A DNA stretch of 64,000 nucleotides from Usitatibacteraceae bacterium (GTDB lineage Bacteria > Pseudomonadota > Gammaproteobacteria > Burkholderiales > Usitatibacteraceae). Positions within the stretch are counted from its first letter, which is position 1. Every line of letters begins with the position of its first letter. The stretch covers positions 10,760-74,759 of the forward strand of contig JBGATH010000006.1 in assembly GCA_044229235.1 (NCBI GenBank), in the 5' to 3' direction. Below the pieces are notes generated by a model. The model saw nothing but the letters and a program-made list of their open reading frames with translations, was not told where the DNA came from and did no database searches. The translations under genes were made by a program, and so were the position numbers. Positions 56,416-64,000 of this stretch are shown here, piece after piece.

Positions 56416-56775
56416 TCAACCCGGATTGTTTGCGATATCCACCAGGCACTCCCGACCCTTGGCGGTAATCTCGAAGCCGCTCGCGTTCGCAGCGATATGG
56501 CCCTTGCGGCCCAGGAAAGCGGCGACTGCCGCGTCCAGCTTTGTGGCCGGATCGGCGGCGATGGCGCGCAGGCCGTTTATGCAGTGGTTCATGAACAGTG
56601 CTTCGCTGCCTTTTTCGGTGAGCGCGTAACTGCCATCCTTGCGATGGATGAGCAGCTTGATTCCGCACAGGTGCTTGGCATTGCGCGCCACGCAGGCGCT
56701 GGGCTTGGCCGATTTTGCCAGCCGCTTTACTTCCTCAAGTGCGTCGAATTCGTCCCGGCTCAGGTGGTGGTTCAT
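56416..56775 (-). CDS. hypothetical protein with two internally similar halves
   Basis: 119 aa. ..LIHRKDGSYALTEKGSEAL.. and ..HIAANASGFEITAKGRECL.. look like two winged-helix wings. Lies 60 nt downstream of the cytochrome c gene. Confidence 0.5.
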   Translation of the reverse strand: MNHHLSRDEFDALEEVKRLAKSAKPSACVARNAKHLCGIKLLIHRKDGSYALTEKGSEALFMNHCINGLRAIAADPATKLDAAVAAFLGRKGHIAANASGFEITAKGRECLVDIANNPG

Positions 56776-56835
56776 GTCAGTTCTCGGCGTTTGGCGCGTT
56801 AGCAGTTCCGCGCGGGGCAGGCACCATGGTACGCG

Positions 56836-57681
56836 CTACCCGGGCCGGGACCGCAGGAACGCGTACACCGCCGCCACTTCCTCGTCCGAAAAATACGCAA
56901 AACGACTTAACGCGACCTGGGACATCAGCCCCAGCTTGCGATTGCCCACCGCGATGCCGGTGCGCATGAGTGTGGCGAAGTGCTCCGATGTATAGGCTTG
57001 CGCCATCACGTGCAGGTTCGGCGAACCGTCCTGGCCCTGAAAATTCGGACCATGGCACTCGCTGCAGACGGTGCGCGCCAGATAGCGTCCGAAGTCAACC
57101 GGATTGGCGCGATCCGGCATGCGCTCAGGTCGGCCAAGCTTTTCGATCTCTTCGCGTATGGAAAGGAAATTTCTGCGGACAATTTCCCAGCGTTGCAGCG
57201 GGCCGTAGGCGAGCTCGCGCTGCAGCCCGTTCAGCGCCGTTTCGCTGCGAATGAAGGCGATGATGCGGGCCATGTCTTCATCGCCAAGATGAAACATCAT
57301 GTTCGAAGGCATGTCCCACACGCTTTCGCCATTGGCGCGCACGCCTTCACGCACGGTGCGCGCCATGGCATCCGGCTGGAGTTCACGCGCAACACGGGTA
57401 AGGTCCGGCGCGACCACGCGTCCGGCGAGCAGACTGTCTTCCCACACCCTGCCTTCCAGGGTCTTGCCATGGCAACCGCCGTAGCAGCCGCGCAGTCGTG
57501 CAAGACGCTTCCCCTCGGTGATCGACGCCGCGTCGGTGGGCAAAGCCAGATTGACCAGCGGCGCCTGGTACTGGCGGCGAAGTTGGTATTCCGACGCAAT
57601 GTAGACGTATGCGAGCACCAAAATCGCCAGCCCCGCGCACGCGGCCAGAACAGTCAGGAGGATGCGCAGCGCGGGTCTCAT
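56836..57681 (-). CDS. membrane-anchored dihaem cytochrome c
   Basis: N-terminal TM helix (ILLTVLAACAGLAILVLAYVYI) and two CXXCH motifs (CYGGCHG, CSECHG). Start at ATG 57681 rather than the ORF opening at 57762. Confidence 0.8.
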   Translation of the reverse strand: MRPALRILLTVLAACAGLAILVLAYVYIASEYQLRRQYQAPLVNLALPTDAASITEGKRLARLRGCYGGCHGKTLEGRVWEDSLLAGRVVAPDLTRVARELQPDAMARTVREGVRANGESVWDMPSNMMFHLGDEDMARIIAFIRSETALNGLQRELAYGPLQRWEIVRRNFLSIREEIEKLGRPERMPDRANPVDFGRYLARTVCSECHGPNFQGQDGSPNLHVMAQAYTSEHFATLMRTGIAVGNRKLGLMSQVALSRFAYFSDEEVAAVYAFLRSRPG

Positions 57682-57827
57682 GGCGCCGATTATCGAGCAA
57701 ATTGCGCAATGGCGCCGCCACCTGCCGCCAGGTTCCCTCGAATGCGATACCACCCTGCCCATGCGGCACGGCAGGCGCTAAACTTCGTCAGCCGTACCCG
57801 TGAATGCCCACTTTGGAGATCCATGCC

Positions 57828-58481
57828 ATGAACGTATTTTCAGCAGCCAGTTCCCGCGCAGCCGGGGCCCTCGCCGTTTGCCTCGTCGTGCTCGCGGGTT
57901 GCGCGACGGCGCCACCGCAGGAGGTGGCCGGGCCCAACGATCCGGCGGCACTGGCGGCAATCCGGCAGGCCTATATGAAGCTCGCCGAGCAGAAGACCTG
58001 GCGCTCGCGCATGACCTCGGTGTCGGACGGCAAGACCACAACCTCAACGGCGTCGTTTGTACAGCCCGACCGTTTCCACATGGTGTCGGAACAGGTCGAG
58101 CAGATTTATGTCGCCGGGACGGCGTACATGAAGGTTGACGGCAAGTGGCAGAAACTGCCGCTCAATTTCGGCAACATCATCGAGCAGTACCGCAAGGATC
58201 CGGCTTTGCTGGAAAGCAGCGTGCGCGGTGCAGCTTCGCTGGGCAAGGAATTGGTCGATGGCAAGCCGATGAGCATCTACCGCTACTACAGCAGCGCGAA
58301 AATTGCCGGCGGCCTGGTCAGCGGCGGCGCATGGAGCAAGCTGTGGGTGGATGGCGGCGGCATGCCGCGAAAGGTGGAATCGGAAAGCCGCGGACAGGCA
58401 CTGGGCTTCAGCAGCATGTCGACATCGACCATTGTCTATTACGATTTTGGCGCGTCGATTCGCATCAATCCGCCAATTTGA
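57828..58481 (+). CDS. hypothetical lipoprotein
   Basis: MNVFSAASSRAAGALAVCLVVLAGC lipobox; beta-rich mature part; no family recognised with confidence. Confidence 0.65.
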   Translation: MNVFSAASSRAAGALAVCLVVLAGCATAPPQEVAGPNDPAALAAIRQAYMKLAEQKTWRSRMTSVSDGKTTTSTASFVQPDRFHMVSEQVEQIYVAGTAYMKVDGKWQKLPLNFGNIIEQYRKDPALLESSVRGAASLGKELVDGKPMSIYRYYSSAKIAGGLVSGGAWSKLWVDGGGMPRKVESESRGQALGFSSMSTSTIVYYDFGASIRINPPI

Positions 58482-58727
58482 AACCTGTTGCCGGCGCCCG
58501 GCAAAAAAACGCTTGCGAATGTGGCGCGCAGTTCGCCGGCTGCAGGTAGCGGCGAGCGACGCAGATCAGTAATTGCGAGGCAGAATATTTCGCGCCAGCC
58601 ATACGCCGGTAAATCGCCCATGTATGCCACCGATCATTGAGCGGAAGCAGGCTTGCGCATATAGTGAGGCCGACAGTTAACAACCCGGCACGACATTCGT
58701 CGCGCCACATTCCCGATCTGGTCAGGC

Positions 58728-59348
58728 ATGGATCCGCGCACTGCAAAAATCAGCAAGGCACTTCTCGACATGGCGCGAATTGCCGATACCGCATTGCACC
58801 AGACAGAGAAGGGTCGGCGCGCGCTCGCGGAAAAGCTTCTCGACGGCGATGATTTCAATGTCCTGGAGCGTATTGACGGCCTGCGTTCGGTCGAGCACCT
58901 GATCGCCATCTCGGACGACGTGGTCAATGTCCACGCGCTGCTCGGCCAACTGCTGGCGGCCGGCTTCGCAACCGGCACGCCGGAAACGGCCCCTGCCGCC
59001 GCCCGGGCGACTGCGCCATTGCTCGTTGCCGAGCCGGAAAAGATCGAGCTGTCCGGGCCGGCCGTCGCCACGAAGCCCCCGCAGCTGGGGACCGTTGCCG
59101 TCGATGAGGTGTCGATCGCCAAGCGGTTGCTGGTGGCCGAGGCGCGTCATTTGTTCGGGGAAACAGCGGCGCGGTTACAACCCAAGATCGAGGCCTGCAA
59201 TTCGATCGAAGAGATCTACGACATGATCGTGAAATTCCAGGAGCACCTCGCCAAAACCGGCAAAGTGGACCAGGACTTGTTCCTCGATCGCCTCAGCAAA
59301 GGTCTTGCAGAAGCCAAGCGGCGCGCGGCGGCCGGTGCGGCGCCCTAG
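58728..59348 (+). CDS. hypothetical protein (helical ends, Ala/Pro-rich middle)
   Basis: 206-aa ORF with ordinary composition, no signal peptide and a weak SD. No family recognised. Confidence 0.45.
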   Translation: MDPRTAKISKALLDMARIADTALHQTEKGRRALAEKLLDGDDFNVLERIDGLRSVEHLIAISDDVVNVHALLGQLLAAGFATGTPETAPAAARATAPLLVAEPEKIELSGPAVATKPPQLGTVAVDEVSIAKRLLVAEARHLFGETAARLQPKIEACNSIEEIYDMIVKFQEHLAKTGKVDQDLFLDRLSKGLAEAKRRAAAGAAP

Positions 59349-59373
59349 TCGCCAGGAAGCGTGGCGGCGGGAT

Positions 59374-59547
59374 TCAAAGAAACTTCACCGGCGTTGTGTG
59401 GGAGGTTGCCATGACCAGCGTAATGGCGTCCAGGCAGTCCTTTTCGTTGTGATAGCTCTCGCCGGATTCGGCGATCTTCTTGCCGTTGTCGGCCAGCAGA
59501 ATCCAGCGCCACTCGTGCTGCTGGTCCAGGAACATGTGGAACGTCAC
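59374..59547 (-). CDS. YegP/DUF1508-like small protein
   Basis: (V)TFHMFLDQQHEWRWILLADNGKKIAESGESYHNEKDCLDAI.. matches the DUF1508 pattern (..W-R-W/F-x-L-x-A-x-N-G..I-A-x-S-E-x-Y). AAGGAG lies 7 nt before GTG 59547; GTGA overlap with the transporter stop. Confidence 0.65.
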   Translation of the reverse strand: MTFHMFLDQQHEWRWILLADNGKKIAESGESYHNEKDCLDAITLVMATSHTTPVKFL

Positions 59548-61049
59548 GGCATGACTCCTTTCGCGCCAACTCTGGCAGGATCGGTCTCCGCGGCAGGCGA
59601 CGACGCCAGCCACAGGAAAAGGTAGGTGAGTGCACCATTGAGCACGAGCAGCTCAATGCCTATCTGGTAGCCGCCGGGGCGCGCGGCAAGAAACTTCTGC
59701 AGCAGGAAACTGATGAGTGGGGCCGCCAGGGCAGCGGTCACGATCGCGCTGCCGCTGGAAAGACTGCGCCGCGTGAACAAACCGAAGCAGAACAGGCCAA
59801 GCAGCGGTCCATACGTATAGCCGGCCACAACCAGAATTGTACCGATGATGGATTGGTCATTGAGCCAGCGAAACACCATCACCAGAAGGAAGAACAGCAA
59901 GGCAAAGGAGATGTGAGTGACTTGCCGGATTCGCTTCGCCGCCGCGTCGCCGAGACCGGTCCTGCGCTGAATGCCCAGTATGTCGATACAGAATGACGAC
60001 GTCAGCGCGGTCAGCGCACCATCCGCACTGGGAAACAATGCCGAGATGAGCGCGACGAAGAACACGATCTGCACCCATGCCGGGAACTGCTGCATGACGA
60101 TGGTCGGGAATAGCTGATCTCCCGCCCCGCTGATGCCCTTCGCTTGGGCGAACATGCTGAGCAGCGCGCCCAGCACAAGGAACAGCAGGTTGACGAAAAC
60201 CAGCACGACGCTGAACACAAACATGTTTTTCTGCGAATCCCGAAGGTTGGGAACGCTGATGTTCTTCTGCATCATTTCCTGGTCGAGACCGGTCATGGCG
60301 ATGGCGATGAATGCACCGCCCAGTACCTGCTTGAGCCAGAATGCCGCAGCGCTTGGATCGTTGTTCCAGACGTTTGTCATGGGGCTGGCTTCGAGCATCT
60401 TCCAAAGCGCACTCCAGTTACCGCCGAGTGCGTCAGCCAGGAAATTCACGCAAATCAGCAGACCGCCGAGCATGCAGGCTGTCTGCAAGGTATCGGTGAA
60501 CACGATGGTCTTGACGCCGCCCTGAAAGGTATAGAGCCAGATCATGAGCAGGATGCCAAGGGTGGTGGCAAAGAACGGCACGCCGGCCGGTTCGCCGACC
60601 AGCAGATGCAGGACATTGACCACCAGATACAGGCGTGCCGTGGCACCAAGTGTGCGCGAGAGAATGAAAAACGACGCTCCTGTCTTGTGTGCTGCAACAC
60701 CGAATCGCCGGTCGAGATAGTCGTAAATTGATGTCAGTTGAAGCCGGTAGTACAGAGGCAGCAGCACCAGCGCCACGATGGTGAAGCCAAGCCAGTTGCC
60801 GATCACCACCTGCAGGTAGGTCCAGCCGCTGCCGGCGACCGTTCCCGGCACGCTGATGAACGTGACGCCGGATAGCGATGTGCCGACCATGCCGAACGCC
60901 ACCAACGCCCAGTTGCTCTTGCGATTGCCAATGAAGAACGCCTCGTTGGTGGCGTGACGCCCGGTTGCCCATGCCAGTACCAGCAGAAGCAGGAAATACG
61001 CGACGATGATCGCCAGCAGGTGAACGTTGGACATGGGGCCAAGGGTCAA
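59544..61049 (-). CDS. sodium:solute symporter (SSS) family transporter
   Basis: About 13 TM helices; N-terminal ..FFIGNRKSNWALVAFGMVGTSLSGVTFISVPG.. is typical of SSF. Start at 61049 or 61034. Confidence 0.85.
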   Translation of the reverse strand: MTLGPMSNVHLLAIIVAYFLLLLVLAWATGRHATNEAFFIGNRKSNWALVAFGMVGTSLSGVTFISVPGTVAGSGWTYLQVVIGNWLGFTIVALVLLPLYYRLQLTSIYDYLDRRFGVAAHKTGASFFILSRTLGATARLYLVVNVLHLLVGEPAGVPFFATTLGILLMIWLYTFQGGVKTIVFTDTLQTACMLGGLLICVNFLADALGGNWSALWKMLEASPMTNVWNNDPSAAAFWLKQVLGGAFIAIAMTGLDQEMMQKNISVPNLRDSQKNMFVFSVVLVFVNLLFLVLGALLSMFAQAKGISGAGDQLFPTIVMQQFPAWVQIVFFVALISALFPSADGALTALTSSFCIDILGIQRRTGLGDAAAKRIRQVTHISFALLFFLLVMVFRWLNDQSIIGTILVVAGYTYGPLLGLFCFGLFTRRSLSSGSAIVTAALAAPLISFLLQKFLAARPGGYQIGIELLVLNGALTYLFLWLASSPAAETDPARVGAKGVMP

Positions 61050-61273
61050 TGGAACGGCCTGGGGAACCTCTGAACAAGTAGCCGGGGTTCCGGAATATTT
61101 GATCAGCGCCTACCAAGCATAGTGGCACATCACGCTCGACTCAAGCGAAGCCGTGAGGCGCGCCTTGCTGATTCCGCAATGTGGCCGAATGGTGCCGCTG
61201 GCATTTGTGGATAACGTCGCAACCCGATGTCGCAGAAGCGCGCAGTGATCGCGCCGGCGTCGTGACGCTGGGG

Positions 61274-62161
61274 TCATGCGGGCTGCTTCCAGTCGATCTG
61301 CTGTACCAGCCAGTTGCGGAACGCGACGATCTTGGCCTTGTTGGCGTGCTGCTGAAGGCAAACGAGGAAGTAGCGGCTTTCCGAAGGGATTTCGATGTCA
61401 AACAGTTTCACCAGCCGGCCCGTCCTGAGGTCGCTTTCCACCAGCGAGCGGCGGGTGAGTGCGATGCCTTCACCGGCAATGGCCTGCTGCAGGAAAAGCG
61501 CGGCATCGTTGTAGATCACCCCCTGCTGCGGAGGCGTGTGGTCCAGGCCGGCTGCGGCAAACCATTTTTCCCAATAGCCTGGTTCCAGCCTGAACAAGGG
61601 CAAGCCTTTGAGTTGCGATGGCTTCTTCGGCAATCGCCCGTCGCGAAAACTTGGACTGCAAACCGGCAGGTAGCTGTCGCCAGCCAGATGCAGGGAATAC
61701 AGGCCTGGCCAGGGTCCCTGGCCGTAGCGTATTGCGACGTCGACACCATCGGTCAAGAAGTTGGCGCGTGCCTGGTTGGCTTCCACCGATACCTGGTACT
61801 CGGGGTGCGCTTCCAGAAAGCTGCCTACCCGTGGCATCAGCCAGCGGCTGGCGAACGACGGCAGCACGCTGATCACCAGTTTGTGTTCGCGCGCGGCGGG
61901 ACTGACCGCCTCCACTGCGTCGGCAACCTGCTGCAGTGCGGTGCGCACGTGCTCCGCCAGGGCGGCGCCCTCGGGTGTGAGCTCAACGCGCCGGCCTATG
62001 CGCGCAAACACCGGTACGCCAAGGTATTCCTCCAGCGAGCGTATCTGGTGGCTGATCGCCCCGTGGGTCACGTGCAATTCCTCGGCTGCCGCCGAAAAGC
62101 TGGAAAGCCGCGCGGCCGCTTCAAGGACGGGAAGGGTGCTCAACGGGGGCAGCTTTCGCAT
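61274..62161 (-). CDS. LysR-family transcriptional regulator (GcvA-like)
   Basis: LPPLSTLPVLEAAARLSSFSAAAEELHVTHGAISHQIRSLEEYLGVPVF HTH plus a substrate-binding domain. Confidence 0.9.
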   Translation of the reverse strand: MRKLPPLSTLPVLEAAARLSSFSAAAEELHVTHGAISHQIRSLEEYLGVPVFARIGRRVELTPEGAALAEHVRTALQQVADAVEAVSPAAREHKLVISVLPSFASRWLMPRVGSFLEAHPEYQVSVEANQARANFLTDGVDVAIRYGQGPWPGLYSLHLAGDSYLPVCSPSFRDGRLPKKPSQLKGLPLFRLEPGYWEKWFAAAGLDHTPPQQGVIYNDAALFLQQAIAGEGIALTRRSLVESDLRTGRLVKLFDIEIPSESRYFLVCLQQHANKAKIVAFRNWLVQQIDWKQPA

Positions 62162-62172
62162 GACCTTAAATA

Positions 62173-62185
62173 TGAAAAATATTCA
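62173..62185. promoter_or_regulatory. candidate LysR T-N11-A box in divergent promoter
   Basis: TGAAAAATATTCA (TGAA-N5-TTCA dyad) within a larger AT-rich imperfect palindrome at 62162-62196, 12 nt from the LysR start codon. Confidence 0.4.
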
Positions 62186-62275
62186 CATTAAAGGTCAAAA
62201 GATATCGATTGTAGCGGCAGTTTGTCAAGCATAAAGTGCGATCACTGAGACAGAAAAGTCGTCTCGTCTTCAAAG

Positions 62276-62722
62276 ATGACCAAGGAGAAATACGTGAGAA
62301 AAATACACTTGAACGTGCCGGACAACAGCCAATTGCGCGTGCAGCTTCGGGACCACCAGGTTTTCACGACCGAGCAGGCCGAAGGCCTGGTGCTGGAGTG
62401 TTTGCGTGGCGGCGTGTGGGTGACGTTTGACGGCGATTACGCCGACCATTTCCTGCAGCCCGGCGAGCGTTTTGCCGTGGCGGGTCGTGGACATGCCGTC
62501 ATCCAGGCGCTGGAGGACAGCGAGATTGCACTAATTCCGAAACGTCAGGATCTGCCGGAGTCGATTGGCCGGCAGATACCTCTGGTGAGTCAGGGCACCA
62601 AGGCAACTCGGGAAGCCGTGCCAGCCCACCGCTCATCTCTGGCGGAATGCGCCACGGATTGCTGGCGTAACGTCATCGCGAGCTTTTCCGCGGCGCGCCT
62701 TGGGCTGGAGCGAACCTTCTAG
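62276..62722 (+). CDS. DUF2917-like protein
   Basis: ..LVLECLRGGVWVTFDGDYADHFLQPGERF.. cupin-like pattern; divergent from the LysR gene, as is usual for this family (from memory). GTG 62294, preceded by AAGGAG, may be the true start. Confidence 0.6.
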   Translation: MTKEKYVRKIHLNVPDNSQLRVQLRDHQVFTTEQAEGLVLECLRGGVWVTFDGDYADHFLQPGERFAVAGRGHAVIQALEDSEIALIPKRQDLPESIGRQIPLVSQGTKATREAVPAHRSSLAECATDCWRNVIASFSAARLGLERTF

Positions 62723-62732
62723 TGCCGGGGGC

Positions 62733-63230
62733 TCAAGGCTTTGCGGCGCCGGGGTCGCGCAACGTCTTCGCGAACCAGTCATCCAGCATCTGCTTTTCGT
62801 ACCGGATCAGGTCGCTGGTGTCGTAGCGCGGGCGGTGGCGCAGGTAATTCATGTCGTTGATGCGCGCCTCGCCACTTTTGACGATGGCGCCTTTGCTTTC
62901 CACGCGGTAACGAATCTGGATGGTGGGCCAGTCAGCCCCGCCCTTCAATATGCGGACATCGTGCGTACCGCGGTACTGCGGCTCGATGCGACCGGCAAGA
63001 TCAATGTCGAGCACATCGATCACCAGGTCCTGTCCCGCGGGCAACTGCGCACCCAGCTTGCTGAAATGTGCCAGCAGTTCCTTCATGACGCGGTCCTTGT
63101 CGGCCTGCATGAAAGGCATGTCCACATAGTTTTCCGGCTTGACGAACGTGACGCTGACTGCGGCGCTGGCCGCGTGGCTGACACCAAGACCGCAAAGTCC
63201 TGCCACCAAAAGTGATTGAACGGATTTCAT
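62733..63230 (-). CDS. DUF3016-like periplasmic protein
   Basis: Signal peptide ..SHAASA; VTFVKPENYVDM...LVIDVLDIDLAG..; 165 aa. Family is from memory. Confidence 0.6.
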   Translation of the reverse strand: MKSVQSLLVAGLCGLGVSHAASAAVSVTFVKPENYVDMPFMQADKDRVMKELLAHFSKLGAQLPAGQDLVIDVLDIDLAGRIEPQYRGTHDVRILKGGADWPTIQIRYRVESKGAIVKSGEARINDMNYLRHRPRYDTSDLIRYEKQMLDDWFAKTLRDPGAAKP

Positions 63231-63570
63231 GATCGCTCCTTTGCGCCGGGCGCGGGTGGCGCATCTATGGATATTACGCGCGACCGGCCCGAACGGTTGT
63301 CTACCGGCCCATAGCGCCTACATTCGACAGCTTGTAGCCCGAAACATTCCGTTGGCGGGCGTGGCCGGCGGCGAGTGTCAGGAGAAGTCCACCCCGACCT
63401 CGCGCAGGATGACGCGGCTGTAGGTTTCCGTCACGCCTGCCGTGGAACTGGCTGCACAACGCAACGGCTTGCCGCGTGGACGGGCCGGCGGCCGACCTGC
63501 CGTTCACGCCGGATTCTCGAAGTCAGTTGCCCGCGTGGCAAAATTGCGCCAACCCTTTACGGAGTCGGGC

Positions 63571-64000
63571 ATGAGCGCGAAAACACTTTTTGATTTGACC
63601 GGTCGTGTCGCCTTGATTACCGGCGGCTCGCGAGGCCTTGGTTTGCAAATCGCACACGGCTACGGCGCAATGGGCGCGAAGTTGGCACTAACTGCTCGTA
63701 AAGCTGACGAGCTGGAAGGTGCGCGCGCCGAACTGGCCGGCAAGGGCTACGACGTGTTCGTTGTGGCCAGCGACCTTTCCCAACCCGCCACAGTGGGTCC
63801 GATGGTTGATGCCGTTCTGGCCCATTTCGGCCGCATCGATATCCTGGTCAACAACGCCGGCGCCTCGTGGGGTGCCCCAGCCGAGTCCTACCCGATCGAA
63901 GCGTGGAACAAGGTGATGAACACCAATGTGACCGGCGCGTTCCTGGTCGCGCAGCAGGTCGCCGCGAAGAGCATGATCCCCAACAAGCGTGGTGCGATCA
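63571..64000 (+). CDS. short-chain dehydrogenase/reductase, N-terminal part (3' end outside window)
   Basis: MSAKTLFDLTGRVALITGGSRGLGLQIA.. (TGxxxGxG) and the NNAG motif. Open to the window end, so absent from the ORF track. Confidence 0.85.
   Translation, partial: MSAKTLFDLTGRVALITGGSRGLGLQIAHGYGAMGAKLALTARKADELEGARAELAGKGYDVFVVASDLSQPATVGPMVDAVLAHFGRIDILVNNAGASWGAPAESYPIEAWNKVMNTNVTGAFLVAQQVAAKSMIPNKRGAI

Noticed and set aside
63301-63510. Possible gene remnant in the 340-bp spacer before the SDR gene (minus-strand reading ..GVTETYSRVILREVGVDFS*)
   Set aside because: This is only a short open stretch with no start, no SD and no recognisable family. It is not enough to call a pseudogene.
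1-64000. Search for CRISPR arrays, tRNA/rRNA genes, transposases, integrases and toxin-antitoxin or known defence modules
   Set aside because: None was found by eye. The palindromic repeats are dispersed single hairpins rather than arrays. No ORF has transposase, recombinase or nuclease hallmarks. A tRNAscan/Infernal run would be needed to exclude small RNAs formally.

Overview
High-GC proteobacterial chromosome segment (GC judged by eye, not computed). The synteny looks betaproteobacterial, which is an inference: accB-accC-prmA; pilU-pilT next to yggS-proC-yggT; leuS-lptE-holA-proA-nadD-rsfS-rlmH-maf-rng; thrB-DUF2782-polA. I count about 60 protein genes and see no rRNA, tRNA, CRISPR array, transposase or integrase. 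Most of the window is housekeeping, with two accessory parts. (1) A 5.4-kb sigma/Csu-type (spore-coat-U) chaperone-usher pilus operon sits exactly between lptE and holA, and its usher carries a tandemly duplicated N-terminal domain. (2) A mosaic region of about 46.9-59.4 kb lies downstream of polA. It holds orphan secreted proteins, two amidohydrolases and a fatty-acid hydroxylase flanked by two ~0.4-kb direct repeats. Each repeat carries a mini-gene encoding a signal peptide plus two canonical TonB-box motifs; one copy is intact and one is broken by a 43-bp deletion. This mini-gene is my best candidate for something undescribed. Other notable signals are a 108-bp nested-palindrome element inserted in frame in polA, a four-copy family of ~66-bp REP-like hairpins, an RsfS with a Lys/Ala/Pro-rich tail, and a bacterial dynamin-like GTPase. 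Many long ORFs in the track are antisense or out-of-frame shadows typical of GC-rich DNA and were rejected.
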